A program made the translations under genes and the position numbers. The notes under the pieces are model-generated. The model saw only the letters and a list, made by a program, of their open reading frames with translations, had not been told where the DNA came from and made no database searches. A DNA stretch of 64,000 nucleotides, taken from assembly GCA_964187785.1 (NCBI GenBank), contig OZ076409.1, positions 33,296,001 through 33,360,000 of the forward strand, read 5' to 3'. Source of the DNA: Amphiscolops sp. MND2022. Its lineage: Eukaryota. Shown here piece by piece: positions 50,761 to 64,000 of this stretch (positions are counted from its first letter, which is position 1; every line of letters begins with the position of its first letter).

Positions 50761-53700
50761 CTTTACTTTCGCTAGTTATTTTACGGATTTTAGATGATCA
50801 GACTTGAACATTTTTAAAAATCAAAATCGCAATTTCTACAATACTCCATTACTTATTAAAGAAAAATTAATTAGGTTAAAAGTTTTCCAACAAACGTTTT
50901 TCCAAAAAAGTATGAAAACAAAATATTCTCACCTGTGGGTTCAAGGTGTGAAAATGTGTTAACGACAAAAGCTGTTCATGTTTTGGATGTCTACAATTTT
51001 GATCTTCTGGCTTGTCAAGCTATGACCAACCAATCATGAGAAAATAGAGGAAAAACCCAATTTTCACACCTGTTTCATCACTGGTAATCAGTAGGTTTTT
51101 CAGTAGCAAGATGAAGTTTCGTGGAGAGAGTCATCTTCTGATACCCTAAAATTTTGTCCTGATGAGTCATCACGATAAAACTCACGTTTGAGCAAGTTCC
51201 TTTGATCTGGGATGTTTCAATGTCAACCCTGATCTTAACACCTGTTTGGGTCATATACAAACTGAGTATAATATAAGTTTGGTCGTATATGAGAGTGGAC
51301 TTAATTTACTACTGTTACTAGTTTTATTCTAATCAATTTCGAGAAAAATGAGGAAAAAAATTTTTCAACCTGTTTTCTTACCTGCTAATCCCTGCTAATC
51401 AATGGGTTCAAGATACAGAAAAGGAAAATGGTCTTCTTGAAAAAAAATGTTTCTCGTTTTTCTCAACAATTTTGATCTCCTATGTCATTACGCTGGGATG
51501 AGTCAGTCTCGAGAAATTTAGGAAAAACTCAATTTAACACCTGTTTTGATAGTTGCTTTTTGCTGGGTTGATTGTATAGAAAACCCTCACAGGCAGTATA
51601 TGTTTAACTTTTGATTACCATAAATTTTTGTTTCTGTGGACTTTGTCTAAAACAATTTCCCGTGGAGATACTGGAGCAACTTATCTTTCCCCATGTAATA
51701 ACGTTGTACCATCAACATCAATACTATATTTTATAAAAATACACAATCCACGACAAAACTTGATTGCTTTTATTTACAATTTAATTTACACGTTCCATGG
51801 AATGCTCTTCGCTGGTGTCCAGTAAGATGATCGTAGTCTCGAACTTTATCTATGTTTTGTGAGAAAAGCTCTCCGCATAACCAACACACGTAGGATTGTT
51901 GGAACTATAATTCTTCTTGATGTTATTTGTAGTAGCATATTTGTTTTGAAATAGTTGTTTGCAATTTTTTCTAGTGTCAAATTTTCATTTACAAACCATT
52001 TTACACACACTTCGCCGAAGTACGAGTAATATTGATTTCCAAATGGTGCTATTAGATAATATACTACTGCAATTGGAATATGTTTATATAACACTTTGGG
52101 GTAAATTTGAGGTTGACTAATACATTCCGAATCTGCATATACTCTAAAATGGAGTGGTATTTTCATGTGGTGGTCTTCAAACTTTAGATGATTCTTCAAA
52201 CTGAAACCATTATTAGCCAATTTTTGTTTTCTATCTTTCTATGTGGTTATATAGGATGTCAAGTGAACTGAATGCTGTTAAACATCTATATACATGTTTT
52301 ATGTAAGAATTCTTATTTATTAGACAATGCAGCTTTGTAAATAAACAAAAGTGATTTTCATACAATAATTTATCTATTTGTGATTGTAAGTAAATTTAGC
52401 TCTGTAAACTGGTGAGGGAACTGTTTTATTCACCTGAAAAACATTTATACTGAGGTTTTTCATCCTTTCAAGTTTGGGTATATCTTTGACTTTCACAGGG
52501 ATTTCTAATTCTTCCACACATAAAGAAGGGCATATGCATAACATATTTTGCGGTTCTATTTTTATGATCATCAGCTGTCTGAAGACAAGCTCAGATACAC
52601 CACAAAAACAAAATTGATCTTCAATTCTTATAACTATATATGACCTATTGTTTTTATATTTTTCTGGCAACTCAATTAGTGAAGAAGCTTGAATATCATT
52701 GACTTTGTACAATTCTAATATCGTCAATACAAAGAAACACAAAACTTGATCCTTCTAATTGTTCTTTATCTAGGTTTTGCATCAGTACCTGATGAACATT
52801 TTGATGCGTGTGATTGTGTTTTTTATCTGATTTTGCCATATCAGATATATATCCGTTTGTGAAATATATGTTCTTCTCCATTAACGTTTTTTGAAAACTT
52901 AGCTGAATAACTCAATTGATATTTTTATCGGGGAAGTAACTTTTACTTAGTAGTTCATTGATGCGATGTACAATATTTTCAGTCAGTTTTATTTTCAGTT
53001 TGATGTATGTTTTTCATTCACATTTAATCCTACATCTTGACCAAAGTTACTTTGTTGATGATGTTGACTTTCTAAGATGTGAATTACACTTTGGAAATGT
53101 CTCGTTTTATCAGATATACCCTTACCACAATCCTCACACCAAATGGGCTGTTGCTTGGTGCTTTGTTCATGTTCATTTGAACTTAAATGAGAACTTTTAT
53201 CTGATACAAGCATCTTTAATATACATTTTCTATAATAATCTTCACTTTACTTTTGCTAGTTATTTTACGGATTTTGGATGATCAGACTTGAAGTATTTTT
53301 AAAAATCAGAATCGCAATTTCTACAATACTCCATTGCTTATTTAAAAAAATTAATTAAGTTAAAAGTTTTCCAACAAACGTTTTTCCAAAAAAGTCTGAA
53401 AACAAAACAATCTCACCTGTGGGTTCAAGGTGTGAAAATGTGTCAACGAAAAAAGCTGTTCAAATTTTGGATGTCTACAATTTTGATCTTCTGGCTTGTC
53501 AAGCTATGACCAACCATTCATGAGAAAATAGAGGAAAAACCCAAATTTCACACCTGTTTCATCACTGGTAATCAGTGGGTTTTCAGTAGCAAGATGAAGT
53601 TTCGTGGAGAGATTCATCTTCTGATACCCTAAATTTTTGTCCTGATGAGTCATCACGATAAAACTCACGTTTGAGCAAGTTCCTTTGATCTGGGAAGTTT

Positions 53701-56677
53701 CAATGTCAATCCTGATCTTAACACCTGTTTGGGTCATATGCAAACTGAGTATAATATAAGTTTGGTCGTATATGAGAGTCGACTTAATTTACAACTGTTA
53801 CTAGTTTTATTCTAATCATTTTCGAGAAAAATGAGAAAAAAAAACATTTTTCAACCTGTTTTCTTACCTGCTAATCAGTGGGTTCAAGATACAGAAAAGG
53901 AAAATGGTCTTCTTGAAAGAAAAATGTTTTTCGTTTTTCTCAACAATTTTGATCTCCTATGTCATTACGCTGGGATGAGTCAGTCTCGAGAAGTTTAAGA
54001 AAAACCCAATTTTACACCTGTTTTGATAATTGCTTTTTGCTGGGTTGATTGTATAGAAAACCCTCACAGGCAGTATATGTTTAACTTTTGATTACCCTAA
54101 ACTTTTGTATCTGTGGACTTTGTCTAAAACAATTTCCCGTGGAGATACTGGAGCAACTTATCTTTCCCCATGTAATAACGTTGTACCATCAACATCAATA
54201 CTAAATTTTATAAAAATACACAATCCACGACAAAACTTGGTTGCTTTTATTTACAATTTAATTTACACGTTCTATGGACTGCTCTTCGGTAGTGTCCAGT
54301 AAGATGATCGTAGTCTCGAACTTTATCTATGTTTTGTGAAAAAAGCTCTTCGCATAACCAACACACGTCGGATTGTTGGAACTATAATTCTTCTTGAGGT
54401 TATTTGTAGTAGCATATTTGTTTTGAAATAGTTATTTGCAATTTTTTCTAGTGTCAAATTTTCATTTACAAACCATTTTACACACACTTCGCCGAAGTAC
54501 GAGTAATATTGATTTCCAAATGGTGCTATTAGATAATATACTACTGCAATTGGAAAATATTTATATAACACTTTGGGGTCGTTTTGAGGATGACTAATAC
54601 ATTCCGAATCTGCATATACTCTAAAGTGGAGTGGTATTTTCATGTGGTGGTCTTCAAACTTTAGATGATTCTTCAAACTGAAACCATTCATAGCCGATTT
54701 TTGTTTTCTATCTTTCTATGTGGTTATATAGGATGTCAAGTGAACCGAATGCTGTTAAACATCTACATACATGTTTTATGTAAGAATTCTTATTTATTAG
54801 ACAATGCAGCTTTGTAATTAAACGAAAGTGATTTTCATACAATAATTTATCTATTTGTGATTGTAAGTAATTTTAGCTCTGTAAACTGGTGAGGGAACTG
54901 TTTTATTCACCTGAAAAACATTTATATTGAGGTTTTTCATCCTCTCAAGTTTGGGTATATCTTTGACTTTCACAGGGATTTCTAATTCTTCCACACATAA
55001 AGGAGGGCATATGCATAACATATTTTGCGGTTCTTTTTTATGATCATCAGCTGTGTGAAGATGAGCTAAGATACACCACAAAAACATATTTGATCTTCAA
55101 TTCTTATAACTATAATTGACCTATTGTTTTTATATTTTCCTGGCAACTCAATGAGTGAAGAAGCTTGAATATCATTGACTTTGTACAATTCTAATATCGT
55201 CAAAACAAAGAAACACAAAACTTGATCCTTCTAATTGTTCTTTATCTAGGTTTTGCATCAGTACCTGATGAACATTTTGATGCGTGTGATTGTATTTTAT
55301 ATCTGATTTTGCCATATCTGATATATATCCGTTTGTGAAAAATATGTTCTTCTCCATTAACGTTTTGTGAAAACTTAGCTGAATAACTCAATTGATATTT
55401 TTATCGGGGAAGTAACTTTTACTTAGTAGTTCATTGATGCGATGTACATTATTTTCAGTCAGTTTTATTTTCAGTTTGATGTATGTTTTTCATTCACATT
55501 TAATCCTACATCTTGACCAAAGTTACTTTGTTGCTGATGTTGACTTTCTAAGATGTGAATTACACTTTGGAAATGTCTCGTTTTATCAGATATACCCTTA
55601 CCACAATCCTCACACCAAATGGGCTGTTCATCTAAACTTAAATGAGAACTTTTATCTGATACAGGCATCTTTAATTTACATTTTCTACAATAATCTTCAC
55701 TTTACTTTTGCTAGTTCATTTACGGATTTTAGATGATCAGACATGAAGTATTTTTAAAAATCAGAATCGCAATTTCTACAATACTCCATTACTTATTAAA
55801 AAAAATTAATTTAGTTAAAAGTTTTCCAACAAACGTTTTTCCAAAAAAGTATGAAAACAAGATATTCTCACCTGTGGGTTCAAGGTGTGAAAATGTGTTA
55901 ACGACAAAAGCTGTTCAAGTTTTGAATGTCTACAACTTTGATTTTCTGGCTTGTCAAGCTATGACCAACCAATCATGAGAAAATTTAGGAAAAACCCAAT
56001 TTTCACACATGTTTCATCACTGGTAATCAGTGTGTTTTCAGTAGCAAGATGAAGTTTCGTGGAGACATTTACCTTCTGATACCCTAAAATTTTGTCCTTA
56101 TGAGTCATCACGATAAAACTCACGATTGAGCAAGTTCCTTTGATCTGGGAAGCTTCAATGTCAACGCTGATCTTAACACCTGTTTGGGTCATATACAAAC
56201 TGAGTATAATATAAAATTGGTCGTATTTGAGAGTGGACTTAATTTACAACTGTTACTAGTTTTTCTCTAATCATTTTCGAGAAAAATGAGAAAAAAAGCA
56301 TTTTTTTACCTGTTTTCTTACCTGGTAATCAGTGGGTTCAAGATACAGAAAAGGAAAATGGTCTTCTTGAAAAAAAAATGTTTCTTGTTTTTGTCAACAA
56401 TTTTGATCTACTATGTCATTACGCTGGGATGAGTCAGTCTCGAGAAGTTTAAGAAAAACCCAATTTTACACCTGTTTTGATAGTTGCTTTTTGCTGGGTT
56501 GATTGTATAGAAAACCCTCACAGGCAGTATATGTTTAACTTTTGATTACCTTTAAATTTTGTTTCTGTGGACTTTGTCTAAAACAATTTCCCGTGGAGAT
56601 ACTGGAGCAACTTATCTTTCCCCATGTAATAACGTTGTACCATCAACATCAATACTATATTTTATAAAAATACACAA
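49269..56677. repeat. Tandem triplication of ~2.48 kb (PolB N-half plus upstream region): 49269-51752, 51753-54229, 54230-56677
   Basis: Three colinear copies with the same ORF fragments repeating at ~2480-bp period. Confidence 0.92.
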
Positions 56678-57146
56678 CCCATTGGTATGCGCGTTGGCAT
56701 ACTTATGGTAAACTTAGAGGAAGTCCGTTCCACTAATAGTTTCCACAGCAGGGATTATCGTTTTTAAGAACTGTGCCATTGATGATTATTCTCCAGTCGT
56801 TCTTCTGAGAAATAACGTTAGTGTTTTTGAGTCCAACACTATTTCTGAGAAATTGTAGTTCTGAGAAATAGCTTTATAAAATTTTTGAGTCCAACATTTT
56901 TCTGAGAAATTCACTACGATACATTTGCCGCTAAAGTGGATTTTATCATCCAGTGTAAAGTGTAATTTCCGTCAAACGAGAGCGAACCGTATTCTAGTCA
57001 AATAGAGCACCATGTTTATCGCGGATAGTGATGCAGAGTGTAACAAGAATATGCGCATCGTGATCATTGGGCGTGATGGTTTAAAGTAGTGATTTACGGT
57101 ATTTTGATTTTCCACTTGAACGGTTGATATTCATTTTCTATCTTGC

Positions 57147-57365
57147 ATTACATTTAGATGCATTACACAATGCATCATAGAGGTTAGTAAATTTTTGCTT
57201 CATAACAAAATTTTTCGTTGAAAAAAATAACTCCTTGATTTTTATGTTGTTAACTTTTTAGTTGCGAACAACTGGCTAATTTTTGATGATTCGCCTTGAA
57301 AATGTCTATTTTTAACAGTTTTACTGGACCGAGAAAAATGTTAGTAAATTTTTTGGTTGTGAAAA
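57147..57365 (-). repeat. Right terminal inverted repeat of the Maverick (outer end not clearly preserved)
   Basis: Reverse complement of 35339-35555; no terminal ACTACT found. Confidence 0.85.
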
Positions 57366-57679
57366 CGGGCTAATTTTTGATGATTTTGAGAACGTACGCT
57401 AAAAAAAAACGAAAATGCCTTTAAATCGCCTTCAGTAAGAATTACGAGTGGTTGAATCAATTCAATCTTCTACCTTGTGACACGAAGTGTTTACCAAAAC
57501 AAAACTCAGACCAACAATAAAACATAGGCGCGGCATGCGCGCTTGGACTCGAGCAGAAACGTTCAATGGTTTGAAGAAAGTGCTACAAAATGAGTATATC
57601 CCAGGGCCCAAGACCTAGTGAACATACCTAGTTTCAGATCAGGATACTTTGATGGAAGAACTGAAAAGATGAAGAAATT

Positions 57680-58440
57680 TTTTTTGAGAAAATTGAAAAA
57701 ATATATTTGTGGCAGAAACCCGAAGTCGCCATACTTCATTACGGAAACTTTGTAAGTACAAAAAGTAGCCTACATCCTTGCCTCACTTTGTGGGGGAGTA
57801 TGGGTTTCGTATCTATTTTCAGTTCTGAGAAAAATCAACAATAATTTTGAAAAAATGAAATGGGGAAAATGCCGAAATTTTGTTTCATTACTTCATTTGC
57901 TCAAAAAAATCCAAAGCGAAAAATAATCCGACATTATTTTAGGCCTAAAACGTAGCCTACAAAAGCGTCGTGAAATTACCGAACCCATGAACCCCATATT
58001 TGGTTTCGGTCATGAGATGTAGGAGCTCAAGTGAAAAAGGCCCAAGAAGATTTTTTTTGAAAAATCAAGTAGTTTTAGCAGACAAATGAAGGCGTCATTC
58101 TTCATGACGGAAACTTTGTCGGTCCAAAAAGTAGCCTACACCCATGCTGTTTTTCTCGAAAGATTGATGCTGTATCTTTTGATTGATGCTCAGTTTTGAG
58201 AAATATGAGCTACGAATGAGAAAAATTTTCCGACATTTTTTTCATCTCTTTTTGCCCAAAAAAACCAAATGTGAAAAAATTTTTGACGTCATTTTTAGAC
58301 CAAAATGTAGGCTATGAAACACTTGTACAATTTACGAAACCATGGACCCTGTATTCAGTCTCAGTTCTGAGATATAGGGGATCAAAGGTGAAAAACATCC
58401 GAAAATCCAAAAAAGCCCATGAAGCCGAATTTTTTTGATT
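57680..58440. repeat. Diverged ~365-bp tandem dimer, probably part of a non-autonomous interspersed repeat
   Basis: TTCAT.ACGGAAACTTTGT...AAAAAGTAGCCTACA at ~57735 and ~58101; CGAAC/ACCATG.ACCC at ~57980 and ~58335. Confidence 0.6.
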
Positions 58441-59423
58441 GTTTTTTTTCGACGAAAATGTAGTCGAGGATCCTGCGCAACTTTTAGCGAAAACATGATG
58501 TCCGTGTCTATTCTGGGTTTGAGAAATTTGTCTCACAAGTAGGAAAGTTGGCACATGCCACGAAATCTGCGAAAAAAATGTCACCATATGGGCACCTCGC
58601 AAAGCTCGAGCCCCAAAAATAAGAAACATTCGACATCATTGACAATCATCAATTCATCAAACTTTTTTTCCATGTCTTTCCGAACTTTCAATTTCAATGT
58701 CTCAAAAGTAGTGTTGTGCTTTCAAGTTGATTCTCCAGTGTAAGAACTCGAAGAGCTACTAAGCTTCTTTATCACACGTATTGAAGATTTTGTACATGAA
58801 GTATTTCATGTTTTGAAATGCCCCATGTTTAATATTAAGGAATTTAAACTTAAAACGAATGTGATCCATACAAAAGAATTCGACCTCCCCCAGATAACTA
58901 ATACACTTGCGAATTTGAAACTTTGACCAATGGTAACAAGAACCTCTGAGTACTACGACTTCCCTGGTCGTAATAACGTTTTACCTACCTACATTGTTGT
59001 TCTTTCAGAATTTTCAACTAAAGTTCAATGATGTGATTTTTCCTGATCACCATGCTATCAGTACTCTTTCATCTCACTCACTATTTTGTTTAAAATGTTT
59101 TGAGTGAATCAGTAACAGTTGTCTACTCAAAATAAAAATGAGGTATACAAAAAAACTCTTTGAAAAGTGAAACAAATTTAAAAGGCAGAAAATGAAAAGA
59201 TTTTAAAGAGGGCTGCTTTAATTTTTGTTTCTACTTTCACCTGAAAACAATCCAGAGGATGTTTGAATCGTAACGTATTTTCATGGTTACAAATGAAAAC
59301 ATTCAGCGGGATATACAATGCAAAAAAATCAATTTTTCATTATTTTTGAAAATCAATGTACCATTGAAACGTCCAGCAGCCTTGCAACAGTGCGTCTGTT
59401 AGAAGGTTTTTAAAAAATCGAAT

Positions 59424-60069
59424 TGTGACATGGCCCATCTGGCAGGCACCCCAAAATCAGTTTGGAAGACGAAAAATCAACATATGAACGACCCATCCAC
59501 AGCAGCCCAAAAAATTATATACACCCAGTGAAAACCATGAGGTACCCAAAAGTGATGACTGCAAAAAGAAGAACATCCAGAAATGCCAAAATCACCTTAC
59601 GACACTGAAAAACGCAGAAATGGTTTGTGTGCTTTATCACGTCAAGGAAAGGTGAGGCTTTGACTCCATGTTTTCTGGCAGTAATTTTGTCAACAGTGCA
59701 TTATTTCAGGTATTTGGAAATATATGATCTGTTAGTTCCTGTAACTTTAGTATATCTGGTCAATAATATGTATTTCAGCTAATTGCCTTTTTGGACCTCC
59801 GGTGTATGTAGGAAGTCGCCGGAGGACAGACTAGGAACCTTAGGATCCGTTTTTACGTGCTTGTGGGACGTGTTCGGACTTTGAGTGTGCCGGCACGTCG
59901 CCACGGAGCTCTAAAGGAGGAACCTCCTTGACGTTAGAAAAGTCCCCGTATGAGACTGCTTTTGGGACAAAAATTGATGTCTAGAGTTGTAGTAAAACCA
60001 TGGTCTCCTGTCAAGGCAACCTAAGGATTATTGCAACTCTAGTATGTACGCTGCTAACTTGAGGTTACA
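59424..60069 (+). mobile_element. Solo LTR related to 975-1689; left boundary uncertain
   Basis: 59770-60069 aligns with 1390-1689 (GTATGTAGGAAGTC, GGACTTTGAG.GTGCCGGC, AGAAAAGTCCCC, GGTCTCCTG); TGTGAC...GTTACA ends; no clear TSD. Confidence 0.6.
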
Positions 60070-60099
60070 CATTAACGGTGTGAATTGACGCCAAACAAG

Positions 60100-62010
60100 G
60101 TGTTTTTAGAACTTTCGGAAAATTCACAGCAAGCACACTTTGAGCATGTGCATCGAACTCATTAACAAACCTCTTGATCACTACATCGGATTCCACAGTA
60201 CGTTTCAGCTGATATAGAAGCAAGCAGTGGAATTCAGCAATAATTATTAAAGAATGCGGACTGTTCAGTCCATTCCACTAAAAAGGCCAGTGAATGCAAA
60301 CTTGAGAAAATTGGGGATTCCACAGAATGCAACAATAGAGTCCATTGTTCACAAAAATGTAATCTCCTGCGCTCATCATTAGAAGCGGTTGCATGCCACT
60401 GTGCTTCATCCAAAAAAGTTGCAGCGGGATACGTTTGCATCAAAACTCTACAAATTTCAAAGTATTTGTTGACCGATTCCTCGATTTGCATCAGCCAAGT
60501 TTTCTGAAAATTGGTCAAATACATGTTCGAAACTACGTTAGTGAATCCACTGACTCGTTAGCCCAACGTCATGCCTTGTGTTGACACAGTGATGAAGAGA
60601 AGCAATCAGAACCTATATAAATAACGTTTCATGGTTAATACTCGATTAACTATTTTTGATTGATGCTTCTCCTAATTATAACCTAAACAAATTCGCTAAT
60701 GATTCACATGTAGAAGCATGAAACGGAGGAGCCTCGGTAAGTGAAATTAAAAGCCATCTATAGATAAATGTATCCATCTATAGTGATGCAATGTTGTTCT
60801 GAAGGCAAAATTTGTTTGAAAACATGAAAGAATTTTAAGGCACACCCTTTGGTCCCATTTAGTGTTTATTTAGATGATACGGCAAAAATACTGAAAAATT
60901 CACATGGAGTATCCTTCAGCTATCTTGGGTACGTTTTAGAACTAGGGCGGAAAGTCTGTAAAAAGTGGACCGTTCAGTGTGAAGTCTGACAAAAAAGTTG
61001 CTACAAAAAGCTCCGGCTAAAACACATTCTTGAAAAGTTCCCAGGGGTGACAACGCGTTTGGTGTTGATTGAAATCCCATCTGACAAAGCTGCCGATAAT
61101 AGACAAATCCCATCAGATCGATGAGAAAAGAAGGCGGCTTTATCGTGCTTGTCATTTTCAGTTCTTTTCCAAGTTCTTTACAAACTGTAAGAGTTATTAC
61201 CATATTCGTCTGATGCATGCCGCCTGATGTTTGCACATCTGGCTCATAATTAAAATGAAGTTTGATACAAGACCTGTACTCGAGGTTCAAGCAAGTGTTA
61301 GGTTCAAACATGATGCATATAGCAAGACTTCTGCGCTTCCAAAATACAGACACCATGTTTTACTCTAAAGTTTATTTCACACACCAGAGAATGAACAAAT
61401 ATTGAGTTCACAATCAAGGTTATCCGTCTGCACAACTTATTCCATACTGATCCCCGAGGATCTGGCTAATCCAATGTAAAAAAATCCAGACTTCTGGCAG
61501 AATTTGTGGCACTGGTATTTGCGACAGTAACAGACTATAGAGGACACGCAGAGAGGGAGATTCACAAATTAGGAGTAGGGCCAATGTAGAAATTGATCAG
61601 AAATGCGTTTGAAGACGCATTGGTGGCTCTGAATTGTTTGATTTTTCTTTCAACGGGATTTGAAAATTGAGAAAACTGTGAGGTTGCGAAAATTAGTTAA
61701 AACAGCAAAAACCGTTGTATTGAACAATGTTACACACCAAGTCCAATAAATTTCACACAAGTTGCGTGCATCAAATTTGTGAACAATGCCATCCAATTTG
61801 ATCAATAATTTACATTGCGGTCTACGCGGCGACATGGCAGTTATTCCATCGGTGAACCACTGCGCTACATGAACATTTTTCCACAAATTTTTGCGTCTTC
61901 ATAGATATAATTGCATATACATGTATGAAGACTCGCGTGCCTGCAGGTGACACAAGGGAAACTTGCGCAATCGCAATCCCAACTTGACGCTAGCGAGGGG
62001 TGTCGCCATG
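60100..62010 (-). pseudogene. Highly degenerate Cys-rich coding relic, possibly a DNA transposase (SWIM-like CxC..CxH)
   Basis: DCDCASFPCVTCRHA at ~61935-61980; scattered coding-like ORF fragments on the minus strand. Confidence 0.25.
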
Positions 62011-64000
62011 AAATCCATAATCCGTGTTCAAATCCGATTAGATTTCTGTAACGGCTCCTTAATCAATGGCGGGGCTAATTTCTCTCTCGAGAATAAATAT
62101 TAGATGAATCAAGTTTGAGAATTGGCATCGCTTCATTTTCCAATTAGCTCGTCTACTTAAAATAGTACTTTTTACACCATACTTCGAATATAGTATAACT
62201 ATTGATATTTCCGGCAAAAAGTGAACTGAACTAAGGTGCTTCAATGTTACCATATGAAGCAGTAAAAATCATTTCACGTTTTATTCATTCCCTCTTCGTT
62301 TCTCCAAACATTCAATATTGAGGTTGAAAAAAATCATGTGAGACGTTCAGTTGAAAAAGAATGCTTTTTAAAGGTTTTCCCGAATAGAAATTTAGGGAAA
62401 CTTTCGTATTCAGTCAACATTGCAATCGAAAAAACCTGAAATGACGGTATATTTGAAACTTCTTTTCCGTATTTTTTGCTAAAGTTTTGACTTAGGAATT
62501 TTTCCAGAGTTTTATTGTGGTTCAAAAATGCATAACAAAACAGGTCATAATATCCGTAAAATACAATATTTTACCAAAAAATATGAAATTAATAAGTTAT
62601 TAGGACTTATAAAGGCGATAGTTCAATTGGGAAACAAATAGTTTCCAAGACGCCCTCTTTTTGAATCTGCACTATTTTCACTATCACTTTCAACTTCATT
62701 TCTCGACTACTCATTTTATGTAACCACCGTTAGTTACCCTGCACGCTGAAGATGACGCTACTTTGAAACAGAGTGACTAATGTTGAACTTTACCATTTTT
62801 GAGCATTCATGTACCATTCATGTAAGATCAAAGACTGTGTACTATGTATGAATCAATTGTAAATGAAGCCCCTGAAAAGATTTTCTGCATGCATTCGAAA
62901 ACATAGCTATTGCATTTGAAAACTTGCAAAACTTGATGGCTCGCAGGACAAGTTTCTAGAGGCTTTTTTTACAAATGATACAAACATAACATAGTCTTTC
63001 AACACACATGCCTCGAGGCATTAAAAATTAGTAATCAAAATCCTGATGAAACAAATTGTTATTACAAACATTTTTGTTACCCTGAATAGATTTCCTGGAG
63101 TTCTTTTTATCTTTTCTTGCAAATTTCATTCTCTGCCAAGGTGTATGTGCGTTTCTATTTTAGAACCTTATGGTTTGATTTTGAAAATATGGTGAATTTC
63201 GCATATAGAGAAATGAATGAAAGGAAGATTGGCAAGGGCACTCTAAAATGAGCTTCTGTAGCGCCAAAAATAAACGATCCGTTCCAAATGTAGAAAATTA
63301 CTGTAAGGTCTGTAATGGGTGCTTGTCCTTATCTTGCACTGCCCTGATTGTTGTTGTGTTTGTAAAGGACTGTATCTTTTAGTTGATGGGTCTGATGTGA
63401 ACCATAGGATCTCCTTCGATCCCGCTGTGCACAAGGTTGGATCCTCTGACATCTGTGACAGAAACTTCCCGCTCGGTATCTTCCCGCACGCGCTCCGACT
63501 CTGTGACAGTAGCTACTTGTTGGCTCTGGCTTCTCAGCAAAAACGAAGAAATGTGAAGTTATTTAATCTATTGACTTTTGACTCAACTTGACTAGGGCTT
63601 TTGATTCGTTAAAATCTTTAACCAGTTAAGGTATATATCTTGTTTATAGTTCATCACTAAATAAAAGGTTGAAAAAATGGTATGAATTTATGACATTTGA
63701 ATGGAATATTAAGGTACTTGCTATGTAAATAAACCATACGGTGGGTCTTGAATGTTGGTTAAGTGGTTCAGATAGTATATTTGCACAAAGTGAAAATCAC
63801 CAATTTCAGCATAGTCACATTCTATCGATGTCATATAGGTGAATAACAATGTTCACATTTTGGCACGATGACCTTGAAAACCACACATGTGAGGGGTGAA
63901 GGGTGTAATACTTGGGATTGACCTTGAAACCATATTGGTGTGTCCGTGTTAGGTACCTGCACATGTGTGCCTAGTTTCAAGTCTCTACGATTATCAGTTG

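Larger units (their letters stand above)
35268..57365. mobile_element. Endogenous Maverick/Polinton (adintovirus-like) virus, degenerate, with internal tandem duplications
   Basis: ~220-bp inverted repeats; AGTAGT at 35268; adenain, penton, rve integrase, major capsid and pPolB remnants. Confidence 0.9.

Noticed and set aside
50474..55978. Repeated plus-strand ORFs (MMRCTIFSVSF...) and many other 60-130 aa ORFs in the track
   Set aside because: Antisense shadows of PolB, pol or LINE coding sequence, repeated only because of the triplication.
57632..57664. Possible 33-nt minus-strand micro-exon of the GPCR (ttttcag...gtatgt); coordinates approximate
   Set aside because: Its only open frame ends in a phase incompatible with the 34662 acceptor, and the peptide is uninformative.
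63243..63591. Coding-like GC-richer patch near the window end
   Set aside because: No recognisable motif or consistent exon boundaries.

Overview
AT-rich, repeat-dominated eukaryotic (probably invertebrate animal) DNA; not prokaryotic, no CRISPR or rRNA. Main contents: (1) the 3' end and 3' LTR of a plus-strand LTR retrotransposon (1-1689). (2) A complete but decayed ~14.9 kb minus-strand Ty3/gypsy element (2356-17281, perfect GACGC target-site duplication). Its long LTRs encode the Gag N-terminus. Between integrase and the 3' LTR it carries an unusual ambisense cassette: an antisense, intron-containing zinc-finger gene, and a divergently oriented sense ORF that runs across the PPT into the 3' LTR. 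(3) A near-intact CR1/L2-group LINE (~19060-23666). (4) Two exons (TM5-ICL3 and TM6) of a minus-strand class A GPCR, whose intron holds a second gypsy element (27146-33088, TCCAC TSD). (5) A ~22 kb decayed endogenous Maverick/Polinton (adintovirus-like) virus (~35268-57365) with TIRs, adenain protease split by a solo LTR, penton, integrase, major capsid and protein-primed PolB, expanded by a 3.4 kb duplication and a 2.5 kb triplication. (6) Further LTR and repeat relics. All family assignments come from motif recognition by eye, not database searches. The most unusual system is the gypsy element with its ambisense accessory cassette.
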